A stretch of DNA of 64,000 bases from Bdellovibrionales bacterium. GTDB lineage: Bacteria; Bdellovibrionota; Bdellovibrionia; Bdellovibrionales; JAKFYE01. The stretch is taken from the NCBI GenBank assembly GCA_965206675.1, contig CBDBKL010000006.1, positions 75,834 through 139,833 of the forward strand, written 5' to 3'. Numbering within the stretch: position 1 is the first letter of the stretch; each line of letters begins with the position of its first letter. The notes under the pieces were generated by a model. That model did no database searches. It worked only from the letters and a program-made list of their open reading frames with translations, and was not told where the DNA came from. The position numbers and the translations under genes were made by a program. Shown here piece by piece: positions 54,719 through 63,977 of this stretch.

Positions 54719-55747
54719 ATGGAAGTAAAAAATAACCAAATCCTTCTTTATACAACTGATGATGGTAAAGTTGATATTGAATTAAGACTAGATCCTGAAA
54801 ATCAAACAATTTGGCTGACTCAACCTCAAATGGCTAAACTATTTGATATTGGAGTCAATACTATTAACCATCATATTTCAAATATTTACAGAGAGGAAGA
54901 GCTTCAAGAAAATGGAACTATTCGATATTATCGAATAGTTCAACGCGAGGGCCAAAGAGATATTGAAAGAGAAGTTATCCACTACAATCTCAAGCTTATT
55001 TTAGCTGTTGGTTATAGAATACGTTCGCACAGGGGGACGCAATTTAGACGTTGGGCTACAGAACATTTAAATGAGTATCTCATCAAAGGTTTTGTCTTAA
55101 ATGATAAAAAACTTAAAAATCCCGATGTATGGGATTACTTTGATGAACTACTTGAACAGATACGTGACATTCGTAGCTCTGAAAAAAGATTTTATTTAAA
55201 GGTAAAAGATCTTTTTAGACAAACAAGCATAGACTATGACAAAAGGGATAAGAGGGCTCAAGAATTTTTTGCTACGATATAGAATAAACTGATTTTTGCT
55301 GAAACAGGACAAACAGCTGCAGAACTTATTATTTCTCGTGCTGATGGTAATCAACCAAATATGGGATTAACTTCTTTCACAGGAACCAAAGTACGAAAGA
55401 GAGATACTGTTATATCAAAAAATTATTTATCTCAAGAAGAACTCTTAAACCTTAATCATATTGTCTCCATGTTTTTAGATTTTGCTGAAGATCGTGCTAA
55501 AAGAAGAAAATAAATTAGTATGCAAGAATGGGTGGAGCAAACAGATAAATTTTTAAATTTAAATGAAAGAGATGTTCTCATAGGAACGGGAAACAAATCT
55601 CATGTTCAAATGGAAAATTTTGTTAAACAAGAGTTTAAAAAATTTGAGAAAAATCGTCATATGGAAGATTTTATAAAATCTGAAAAAGAACATGTGAGAG
55701 AATTAGAACAAATTGTCAAAAAAATTAAACCTGACGGGAAAGAATAA
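54719..55747 (+). pseudogene. RhuM-family protein gene interrupted by two in-frame stop codons
   Basis: A single reading frame carries RhuM-like sequence throughout (LYTTDDGKV...IWLTQPQMAKLF...GTQFRRWAT...FFATI*NKLIFAETGQTAAELI...AKRRK*ISMQEWVEQTDKFLNLNERDVL). TAG at 55280..55282 and TAA at 55511..55513. Confidence 0.8.
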
Positions 55748-56182
55748 ACATCAAAAGCTGCTAAAAAATGAGTTTAACAAGAGGATTCTAAGCAGAAAAA
55801 GCGGCACAACGTGATTTTCTTCCCCTACTGTTTTCTATGACATCAAGATACGGTCGAAGGTGCTCTAGAGTTTCTCCTGTTGTCATTGGAGAAACTTCTC
55901 TCAGTAAATTCAATACAAGTTGAAAATCGACCCCTATTCCTCCCCCGACCTACCATTTAGAATAATATATTTTTTACTATAGATTTTTCACAGATTTTCT
56001 TTCTAAGAATTTGATTTTTCTTAAATAGATTTACTGACATCCTAAGGATACATGTTTAAAACCCCAATGAGGATCTGAACTCAGACAAACCAATTATAAA
56101 CTTGAAACGTTTAATTTACTGGTTTATTTTGCTAATTACATGTTGGGACAAAAACTATATTAGACTATACGGAGAGAGTGTT

Positions 56183-57028
56183 ATGAAAGCTTTAATGATT
56201 CTAATTGTTTCATGCCTTTTATTTGGAAATACCTCGTTTGCCAATATAGACACACAAAGCCACTTAAACGAACCAATAGATTTTAGTTCGTATTCCGTAC
56301 CTGAAATCATATCAACTATGAATCAAATTCAAAAATCCATCAGAGCTTCTTTTTTAGACACGGGTTTAGCTATTAAAGATCGCGATCAACTCTGGTCACT
56401 GGAAGGACATATGTCAGGTTTCAGTTCTGGTTATATTTCCGGAGAAGGTTTTGAATCAAGAAGAATTGGAGATGGCGAAGTGTTTATTCTTCAAAGTTCT
56501 TCTCTGAGTGAAAAGGATCAGGCCCACGTCAACGATATGGTAGAATCTATGACAGCATATAGAGAACAGAATCCGAATGCGAAAGTAGGATACTGCTTTC
56601 AGAGAATTTTCGCAGACCTTCAAGAGCTTCAAGAAAAAATCAAACTAGAAGAACAATACCTCCAAAATTTACTTCCTGGATTTTTTAACAATATGAGGAC
56701 AGCTATTGATACTGTACAACAGAAGATGATTAATGAGGACAATGAAATAAATGATACGCTTTATGGAGAATATAGTCGAATATTTTCCTGGGCTGAAAAA
56801 ACTTATATCATTTTACCTGAAATGAATCTAAGATTTTCCTCTCTACAGTTAGATAACAAAACTTTTTGGCACAGAAATATATTACACGTAAAGTTTGGTA
56901 GAAACATTCCTTTGTCAGGTGATTGTGTTGACCAATCTGATTATGAACGCAGAAAGTGGGTTAATGACTATTTTGGATTAACTCGTACTCCTGTTTCTCC
57001 AGAAAAACATACATTAAGAGTTTATTAA
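56183..57028 (+). CDS. Hypothetical secreted protein
   Basis: The ATG at 56183 is preceded by GGAGAGAG and gives the leader MKALMILIVSCLLFGNTSFA. No family recognised. Confidence 0.6.
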   Translation: MKALMILIVSCLLFGNTSFANIDTQSHLNEPIDFSSYSVPEIISTMNQIQKSIRASFLDTGLAIKDRDQLWSLEGHMSGFSSGYISGEGFESRRIGDGEVFILQSSSLSEKDQAHVNDMVESMTAYREQNPNAKVGYCFQRIFADLQELQEKIKLEEQYLQNLLPGFFNNMRTAIDTVQQKMINEDNEINDTLYGEYSRIFSWAEKTYIILPEMNLRFSSLQLDNKTFWHRNILHVKFGRNIPLSGDCVDQSDYERRKWVNDYFGLTRTPVSPEKHTLRVY

Positions 57029-57064
57029 TAACCAATTGCAATTCACAAACGTCTACTGGTTAAA

Positions 57065-57928
57065 TCACTCCACTAACTGACTATAGGTTTCTGGGCGACG
57101 ATCTCGATAAAACTGCCAAGTGTCTCGAACCTGTTTAATCATATCCAGATCCAATTCAGCAGTGACAAGTTCATCTTGATCTCTTGAAGCTTGAGCAATG
57201 ATCTGTCCTTTGGGATCACAAAAGTAAGATTGCCCATAAAACTCTCCAATGTTCCAAGGGGCTTCTGTGCCCACTCGGTTAATGGTCGCAATAAAATATC
57301 CGTTGGCTACGGCATGAGCGGGCTGTTCAATTTTCCAAAGGTATTCGGATAAACCTGCAACGGTGGCTGAGGGGTTAAAAACAATTTCTGCACCATTGAG
57401 CCCAAGGCAACGAGCTCCATCGGGAAAGTGACGATCGTAACAGATATAAACTCCTATGGTAGCGTATTGAGTTTTAAAAACGGGATAACCTAAGTTGCCT
57501 GGTTTAAAGAAAAACTTTTCCCAAAAACCTGCCACTTGCGGAATATGATTTTTTCGATATTTCCCTAGGTAAGTTCCATCGGCATCAATAACAGCAGCCG
57601 TGTTATAGTAAACGCCTGTCATTTCCTCTTCGTAGATGGGAACAACCATAACCATAGAGTGTTTTTTAGCTAACTCTTGCATCATGACCACAGTAGGACC
57701 ATCGGGTATGGGCTCTGCCAATCCATACCATTTTGTATCTTGGGATGGACAAAAATAGGGGCCTGTAAACACTTCTTGAAAGCATAAAACTTGAACCCCT
57801 TGTTGAGCGGCTTTTTCCACATAGGGTAAGTGAGCTTCTATCATTCCTTTGCGATGATCTTTGCAGGGCTTTGATGTATCAACTTTGTTTCCCATTTGGA
57901 TAAGACCACATTTTACATTTCTTGCCAT
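57065..57928 (-). CDS. Carbon-nitrogen hydrolase, beta-ureidopropionase / N-carbamoyl-amino-acid amidohydrolase type
   Basis: 287 aa. Glu-Lys-Cys triad contexts CFQEVF, YRKNHIP and ICYDRHFPD. Adjacent to the dihydropyrimidinase gene. Confidence 0.8.
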   Translation of the reverse strand: MARNVKCGLIQMGNKVDTSKPCKDHRKGMIEAHLPYVEKAAQQGVQVLCFQEVFTGPYFCPSQDTKWYGLAEPIPDGPTVVMMQELAKKHSMVMVVPIYEEEMTGVYYNTAAVIDADGTYLGKYRKNHIPQVAGFWEKFFFKPGNLGYPVFKTQYATIGVYICYDRHFPDGARCLGLNGAEIVFNPSATVAGLSEYLWKIEQPAHAVANGYFIATINRVGTEAPWNIGEFYGQSYFCDPKGQIIAQASRDQDELVTAELDLDMIKQVRDTWQFYRDRRPETYSQLVE

Positions 57929-57945
57929 ATTTCCCTACCTATTAT

Positions 57946-59331
57946 TTAAAGTGCAAAGTTAAAAGGTTTTCTTTTAATAAAGCTTCCCTGTCCTTTAGTG
58001 ACTTGGTCGGTTTTTCCTTCTCGAACCACGATGTGGCCATTAGACAAAACGGTTCTCACCTTTCCGGTGAGTTCCCAACCTTCATACATAGAGTAATCCA
58101 CGTTATGGTGATGAGTTTTTGCACTGATGGTGTGTTTTTTATTGGGATCAAAGATAACAATATCGGCATCTTTTCCAAGACCAAGGCTTCCTTTATTGTG
58201 AAGACCAAAAATATTAGCAGGGTTCGTGCACATAACTTCTACAAAACGGTTCATGGTCAGTCGTCCTTTGCGCACGCCTTCGGAGTAGACGAGTTCCATA
58301 CGATGTTCGATTCCCGGACCGCCGTTGGGAATTTTGGAAAAATCATCTTTGCCCATATCTTTTTGTCCGCAAAAGTTAAAGGGACAGTGATCTGTTGCGA
58401 CGGTGTGCACGTGGCCTGATTGAAGACCGTACCATAGGGCTTCTTGATCGTCTTTTTTTCTCATAGGGGGAGACATGACGTACTTTGCGCCTTCAAAGCC
58501 TTCTTTTTCATAGACGGAGTCATCGAGAAGAAGGTATTGCGTACATGTTTCCACTAGAATTCTTTGATCTCTTAAAAACTTTTTTAAAACTTCATTGATG
58601 GTTTGTCGAGCTGATGTGTGCACGAGGTAAATACTAGAGCCTGTTTTATAGGCCAGGTCCATCACTCGATTCGCCGCTTCTGATTCTGCCAGTGCGGGGT
58701 GAGCAAGGGGGTGATAGCGAGGAGAGAGTGTTCCTTCTTCTTTAAATTGTTCTGTTAGAATGTCGATCATATCGCCGTTTTCGGCGTGAACGGTGACGAG
58801 TCCTCCTAGGCGGCGCACTTCTTTCATAAGACCGAGCATCATTTTATCATCAATCATGAGGGCACCTTTATAGGCCATAAAGGTTTTAAAAGAAGTGATT
58901 CCTCCTTCGATAATCCCTGCAATTTCTTTTTTTGTTTTTTCGTTAAAGTCAGTGACAGCGCAGTGAAAGGAATAATCTCCTACGGCTTTTTTTGCTTTTT
59001 CATGCCATGTGTTTAGACAATCTTGAAGGCTATTGCCTTGGGTTTGGATGGCAAAGTCTACGATGGAGGTTGTGCCTCCATGGAAACCGGCTAGGGTTCC
59101 TGTTTCAAAATCATCTGAAGCCATAGTTCCCATAAAGGGAAGTTCCATGTGTGTGTGGGCGTCTATTCCTCCGGGGATGACGTAGCAATCTTTGGCGTCC
59201 AAGGTTTCATCGGCGGGGTAATCAAGGTTTTGGCCGATAGCTACAATTTTTCCTTCGGAAACGTAGATATCCCCTGGGTAGTGATCATGGGCAGAGTAGA
59301 TGTGACCATTTTTAATAAGAATATTTGCCAT
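57946..59331 (-). CDS. Dihydropyrimidinase / D-hydantoinase
   Basis: GGIDAHTHMELPFMG, SFKTFMAYK (carbamylated Lys), VHAENGD, YLVHTS and ATDHCPF. The ATG at 59331 is preferred over the TTG at 59349. Confidence 0.9.
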   Translation of the reverse strand: MANILIKNGHIYSAHDHYPGDIYVSEGKIVAIGQNLDYPADETLDAKDCYVIPGGIDAHTHMELPFMGTMASDDFETGTLAGFHGGTTSIVDFAIQTQGNSLQDCLNTWHEKAKKAVGDYSFHCAVTDFNEKTKKEIAGIIEGGITSFKTFMAYKGALMIDDKMMLGLMKEVRRLGGLVTVHAENGDMIDILTEQFKEEGTLSPRYHPLAHPALAESEAANRVMDLAYKTGSSIYLVHTSARQTINEVLKKFLRDQRILVETCTQYLLLDDSVYEKEGFEGAKYVMSPPMRKKDDQEALWYGLQSGHVHTVATDHCPFNFCGQKDMGKDDFSKIPNGGPGIEHRMELVYSEGVRKGRLTMNRFVEVMCTNPANIFGLHNKGSLGLGKDADIVIFDPNKKHTISAKTHHHNVDYSMYEGWELTGKVRTVLSNGHIVVREGKTDQVTKGQGSFIKRKPFNFAL

Positions 59332-59557
59332 AGAGAAATCCCTTCCCAAAACCTATATAAAGTATGACTAAGGGCTGTCAATAGCGACACAATGATACTT
59401 GTCTGTCACGAAAATAATCTTTCAGTATTCTTTTTTTGATCTCAGTTAGTATCTACCACGAGAGCTGCCTTTCTATAGCATTAGAGGTAAAATGATAACT
59501 TGCGACATTACCCTTTACAGAAAATTTGTTAAGAATGGTTAAAGCTAGGAGGCCCTA

Positions 59558-60643
59558 ATGAGTCAGAAGCTCGAGTGTTATCAGAATGGTATTCGATTTG
59601 AAAATCCCTTTTTAGTCGGTTCCGGACCTCCTTCTACAAATGCTAAGGTGATTGGTCGTTCTTTGGAAGCGGGCTGGGGTGGCTCGGTGATTAAGACACT
59701 TTCTTTGGATCACACAAAGGTGCGCAACATTGCTCCTCGCTACGGTAAGCATTTTCATCAGGGAGAGTGCATTGGTTTTACGAATAACGAATTGATCACG
59801 GATCGTCCTATTGATGTTTGGGTGGAGGAGATTAAGGAGCTTAAGAAGAAATTTCCCACGAAGGTATTGATTGCTTCTATTATGGATGAGCCTGTTAAGG
59901 AAAATTGGCATCAGTTGACAGAGATGGTGTGTAAAGCTGGTGTGGACATGATTGAGTTGAATTTGTCTTGTCCTCATGGGATGCCGGAGAGAAAAATGGG
60001 TCAGGCCATGGGTCAGTGTCCGGATATTATTAAAGATGTGGTGGGTTGGTGTAAGGAAGCATCGACTGTTCCTATTCTGGCAAAGATGACTCCGAATATT
60101 ACGAACATTACGGAGCCAGCTAAGGCGGCTTTGGATTCGGGTGCGGATGGTTTAACAGCGATTAATACAATTTTATCTGTAGCGAGCATTGATATGAAAA
60201 CTTTTAAACCTGTCCCGAATGTTAAGGGTGTGAGTGCTTTTGGTGGTTATTCGTATACGGCAGTGAAACCTGTGGGTTTGAGAATGGTGGGAGAGTTATC
60301 TATGGCTTTTCCTGGTGTGGAGATTTCTGGTGTGGGCGGTATTATGAACGGCCAGAGTGCTGCAGAGTACGTGTGTATGGGTGCGGGCACTTTGCAAGTG
60401 TGCACGAAGATCATGCTGGATGGATTTAAAGTCATTGATATGTTGAAGAGTGAATTGGTGGCTATACTTGATGAGCACGAGATGGATCATCTTCATGATT
60501 TAAAGGGTAAGTCGTTAGAGTACTTTGGAACGATGAAGGAGATGGCGGATCGTTTGGAGGCTTCTAAGAAAGAGACGAAGGCTCACACGAATTCTTTCAA
60601 TCAAGATAACATTGTGGACGTTTCTAAAGAACTCACAAACTAA
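59558..60643 (+). CDS. Dihydropyrimidine dehydrogenase PreA-like (DHOD-fold FMN subunit), without a C-terminal ferredoxin domain
   Basis: 361 aa. NPFLVGSGPPSTN, GWGGSVIKT and ELNLSCPHGMPERKMGQAMGQ match PreA/DPD domain IV. There are no Cys clusters in the C-terminal 50 residues. Confidence 0.8.
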   Translation: MSQKLECYQNGIRFENPFLVGSGPPSTNAKVIGRSLEAGWGGSVIKTLSLDHTKVRNIAPRYGKHFHQGECIGFTNNELITDRPIDVWVEEIKELKKKFPTKVLIASIMDEPVKENWHQLTEMVCKAGVDMIELNLSCPHGMPERKMGQAMGQCPDIIKDVVGWCKEASTVPILAKMTPNITNITEPAKAALDSGADGLTAINTILSVASIDMKTFKPVPNVKGVSAFGGYSYTAVKPVGLRMVGELSMAFPGVEISGVGGIMNGQSAAEYVCMGAGTLQVCTKIMLDGFKVIDMLKSELVAILDEHEMDHLHDLKGKSLEYFGTMKEMADRLEASKKETKAHTNSFNQDNIVDVSKELTN

Positions 60644-60706
60644 CAGCAATCTTTATCTGTAATTTCATAGAAATCAGATCTTCCCACCTAAAAAAGGCAA
60701 CTAAAA

Positions 60707-61006
60707 TTAAGCAACTTTAGGGGGTTTAATACTAATTGAGACTTTCAATGCAAAGGCCACTTTGGTAAGGAAATCCATACTCACTTGACTGACTATCCCT
60801 GATTCCATACGAGCAATAGACGATTGCTTAGTTCCAATAAGTTTAGCAAGTTTTGCTTGAGATAAATTTTTCTTTAATCTCTTATTTTTAAGATTTTTGA
60901 TAATTCGTTTCTTTTCTAAAACAAGAGAAATTTCCATATCCGTAAGTCCCATACCTTTTGCGAAATCTTTTGCTGTCTTATAAACAACTGTATTTTTCTT
61001 TTTCAT
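60707..61006 (-). CDS. XRE-family HTH protein (antitoxin-like, orphan)
   Basis: 99 aa. HTH LSQAKLAKLIGTKQSSIARMESG. Confidence 0.75.
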   Translation of the reverse strand: MKKKNTVVYKTAKDFAKGMGLTDMEISLVLEKKRIIKNLKNKRLKKNLSQAKLAKLIGTKQSSIARMESGIVSQVSMDFLTKVAFALKVSISIKPPKVA

Positions 61007-61099
61007 ATACTTCCCTCTCCACTTGTCTCAAAATAACAATATTCATTTCTACACTCTATAACGAAATCGTTATAGAGTCAAGTTATTTGTAAAAATTTT

Positions 61100-61851
61100 G
61101 GTTCAAGATAACTTAAGGGGTTTTTGACGCAACATAGAAAGTAATAATCTATAGAGGTCTTGATTTCTGTGGTTAAATCTAAACTCACACTCTTTTAAAT
61201 GCAAATAAAAAGTACTCTTACTCATGCCGCGGAATTTAGATAGCCTTACCTTAGCTAATCCCCAAAAGTTCTCTATCCCGTTAATATGGTTTCTCACATT
61301 TCCTTGCTTCTTTGAAAACTCATTGTTTCCATGATGAACTCTGTAATGTTTCTTATAACCCATGTCTACAAGTCCATCATACGTTTTAAAGCCATCTGTA
61401 AACAAAACCGAGTCCTTAGCTATCTTTGTGCTTATAAGAGAGAAAATCTCACTTCTAGAGCAATTTCTAATCACTTGGGTATAAACCTTGCCTTCTCTTT
61501 TCTTAAGACCAAAGACTATCGTTTTACCACTTGCTCCCCTTCCTCTTCTGCCACGAACCCGTCTTGCTCCAAAGTAGCTCTCATCCATTTCTATCTCACC
61601 TTTGTCAAACATGCTCTCTTGTTCACAAAACTGAACTATTGTTTCTCGTAGTTTTTTTAAAATGTTGTTAATACTTGGACGACTAATTTCTGTTAGCTTG
61701 GATATTTGTTCGGCTGTTAAATCAATGCTAAAATACTTAATAATTTGACGAAATTTAGCTTCTGAAATCCTTGAACGCACACAATACCTATTTTTCACAA
61801 TAATCACAGTAAGTTAACTCCTCTCAAAGTCAACTTAAGTTATCTTGAACC
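61100..61851 (-). mobile_element. IS1595-family insertion sequence (small, IS1016-like size)
   Basis: A perfect 27-bp inverted repeat, AAAAATTTTGGTTCAAGATAACTTAAG (61091..61117) and its reverse complement (61834..61860). If the outer AAAATTTT is read as an 8-bp palindromic target duplication, the element is 61100..61851 (752 bp). Confidence 0.85.
61103..61807 (-). CDS. IS1595-family (ISXO2-like) transposase
   Basis: 234 aa with DESYFGARRVRGRRGRGASGKTIVFGLKKREGKVYTQVI. GTG start. The stop lies inside the left terminal repeat. Confidence 0.88.
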   Translation of the reverse strand: MIIVKNRYCVRSRISEAKFRQIIKYFSIDLTAEQISKLTEISRPSINNILKKLRETIVQFCEQESMFDKGEIEMDESYFGARRVRGRRGRGASGKTIVFGLKKREGKVYTQVIRNCSRSEIFSLISTKIAKDSVLFTDGFKTYDGLVDMGYKKHYRVHHGNNEFSKKQGNVRNHINGIENFWGLAKVRLSKFRGMSKSTFYLHLKECEFRFNHRNQDLYRLLLSMLRQKPLKLS

Positions 61852-62067
61852 AAAATTTTTTGACCGAACAGTTAATAATTTTTATGACTCAAAAGTAAAA
61901 GTTGATTATCAAAGTAAAATATTTTTTAATAATGTTCTCCTTTTAGCCCGATTTGTCTTCAAGTAAAAATACCTGCAATATACCCCAAGCACACCATTTT
62001 TTCATCCTTGCTGAACACAAATCACAAAGTAGCTTTAGGTTAGACTCTGAATGACAAGCTATGATTA

Positions 62068-62128
62068 GAAAATTGGAGTTAAAAACTCCATTTTTTTAGT
62101 AAAATTGGAGTTTTTAACTCCAATTTTC
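62068..62128. repeat. Perfect 23-bp inverted repeat pair
   Basis: GAAAATTGGAGTTAAAAACTCCA (62068..62090) and its exact reverse complement (62106..62128), separated by 15 nt. Each arm is itself a small palindrome (GGAGTT..AACTCC). Immediately upstream of a TTGACT-N18-TATAAT promoter-like pair (62129..62158). Confidence 0.8.
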
Positions 62129-62164
62129 TTGACTTTAAATGTCCTATTATATTATAATGAGCGT

Positions 62165-63289
62165 ATGTATTCTCGAAGATTGAAATTTTCTCAAGAACAC
62201 AGCTCCTTTCTCTTTGGCCCTCGAGGAGTTGGTAAATCTTGGTTTCTAGCCCACAAATACAAGAAGGCCCTTTTCTTTGACCTACTCAATTCAGACACCT
62301 ACACAGAACTACTGGCTTCTCCTCACAACCTTTCTCGCTATATTCCCGATGATTTTAAGCAATGGATTATCATTGATGAGATTCAAAAAATTCCTGCCCT
62401 CCTAGATGAAGTCCACAGACTTATTGCTACAAGAAATCTCAAGTTTATTTTGACAGGATCAAGCGCAAGGAAACTAAAGGCAAAAAATATCAATCTTCTT
62501 GCAGGAAGAGCACTTACAGAATACATGTACCCCCTGACTGTACCAGAACTTGGCAGCGACTTTTCTCTTAAAAAATCCTTAAAGTATGGACACCTTCCTA
62601 TGGCGTACCGTTCAAAAACTCCGAAGAAATTTTTAGCAAGCTATGTCCACACCTATATGAAAGAGGAAATTCAACAGGAGGGACTAACAAGAAGATTACC
62701 AAATTTCTCTCGGTTTTTAATAGCAGCGAGCTTTTCTCAAGGTAGCCCTCTTAATCTTTCCCATATTTCAAGGGAATGTTCTGTTCATCGTAAGGTGGTG
62801 GAATCCTATTTTTCCATTCTCAGAGATACCCTTTTATCTTATGAACTCAAACCCTTTGTAAAAAAAGCAAAACGCAAACTCGTCAAGTCTGTTAAGTTTT
62901 ACTATTTTGATGTAGGTATATTTCAAACCCTTCGTCCTCAAGGCCCTCTGGATACACAAATTAATGGAATTGCATTAGAAACTCTTGTGCTTCAAGAAAT
63001 TCTTGCTCAAAACAAATACCAAGATTGCAATTACCAGGTATATTATTGGCGCACTCAAGGAAATAAACATGAGGTTGATTTTATTCTCTATGGTGAAAAG
63101 GGATTAAAAGCCATTGAAGTTAAATTTTCAGAAAAAATAAAATCCTCTGATTATCAAGGGCTTTTAGAATTTTCTAAAGATTACCCACAAGCAAAATTAT
63201 TTTTACTTTATATGGGTAAAAAAAGCTATACTTTCGATAATATTCAAATTTTACCTGTAGAAAAATTTCTTAAAAAAATGCCTTTATAA
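62165..63289 (+). CDS. AAA ATPase with DUF4143-type C-terminal domain
   Basis: Walker A FGPRGVGKSW, then IIIDEIQKIPALLDEVH and C-terminal HEVDFILYG. The ATG at 62165 is preferred; the track TTG at 62105 lies inside the palindrome. Confidence 0.8.
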   Translation: MYSRRLKFSQEHSSFLFGPRGVGKSWFLAHKYKKALFFDLLNSDTYTELLASPHNLSRYIPDDFKQWIIIDEIQKIPALLDEVHRLIATRNLKFILTGSSARKLKAKNINLLAGRALTEYMYPLTVPELGSDFSLKKSLKYGHLPMAYRSKTPKKFLASYVHTYMKEEIQQEGLTRRLPNFSRFLIAASFSQGSPLNLSHISRECSVHRKVVESYFSILRDTLLSYELKPFVKKAKRKLVKSVKFYYFDVGIFQTLRPQGPLDTQINGIALETLVLQEILAQNKYQDCNYQVYYWRTQGNKHEVDFILYGEKGLKAIEVKFSEKIKSSDYQGLLEFSKDYPQAKLFLLYMGKKSYTFDNIQILPVEKFLKKMPL

Positions 63290-63489
63290 GTAAGGACTCA
63301 TGTACACCCTAAACGGTTTCCTTCATACTCTTTTAACGTCTTATTTTTTAAAATTGTTACAATCAATTAGCCTCTCTAAAAATCAACCTTAAGACATCAT
63401 AAACAAGATTTTGACTTCCTCAAAAAATTGATCTAAGCCCCAACCACAAACTGAGAGGATTTACATCCTACGAGTCAAAGGAGCAAAAT

Positions 63490-63669
63490 ATGAAACATAT
63501 AGTCACTATACTTTTTATTTTTGCGATAGGTTTTACGACTGAGGCTAAGAGCACGGCATTTTTTCAAGAGACATCTATAGAAGAGTCAGAGGATATCCTA
63601 TCTTTTGTGCGTAAAATTCATGCTCGTTACTATTACTGCTATGACAAGTTTGAGAATTATAGTAAATAG
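63490..63669 (+). CDS. Small exported protein (hypothetical, below ORF-track cutoff)
   Basis: 59-aa ORF. ATG preceded by AAAGGAG. Leader MKHIVTILFIFAIGFTTEA. Confidence 0.35.
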   Translation: MKHIVTILFIFAIGFTTEAKSTAFFQETSIEESEDILSFVRKIHARYYYCYDKFENYSK

Positions 63670-63671
63670 AA

Positions 63672-63977
63672 GTGGTGACCCAGAAGCTCTTTACTTTTCT
63701 GACAGAAAAAGCGCAATGGATGATAGTTAGCGAGGGTGAATCAACTGATACCATTGAATATTCTTTTAGTCGTGCGGCCGCATTGGGTTTGATATTTGGA
63801 GGACGAACTGAATCTAAACGGGTTTTGCGTCGGCTCTTGGCGCACGTGCAATCTGACGATGATAAACAATTTCTTGAGATTGCCTTATTGTCACACGATC
63901 AGTTACAAACAGAGGGGCTAGCAGCGTACTACGATGGCGGACTTATTGTACATTACTCACCCGCCAGCCCTTATTAA
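63672..63977 (+). CDS. Hypothetical protein
   Basis: 101-aa ORF (GTG start) directly after the small ORF. No family recognised. Confidence 0.4.
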   Translation: MVTQKLFTFLTEKAQWMIVSEGESTDTIEYSFSRAAALGLIFGGRTESKRVLRRLLAHVQSDDDKQFLEIALLSHDQLQTEGLAAYYDGGLIVHYSPASPY

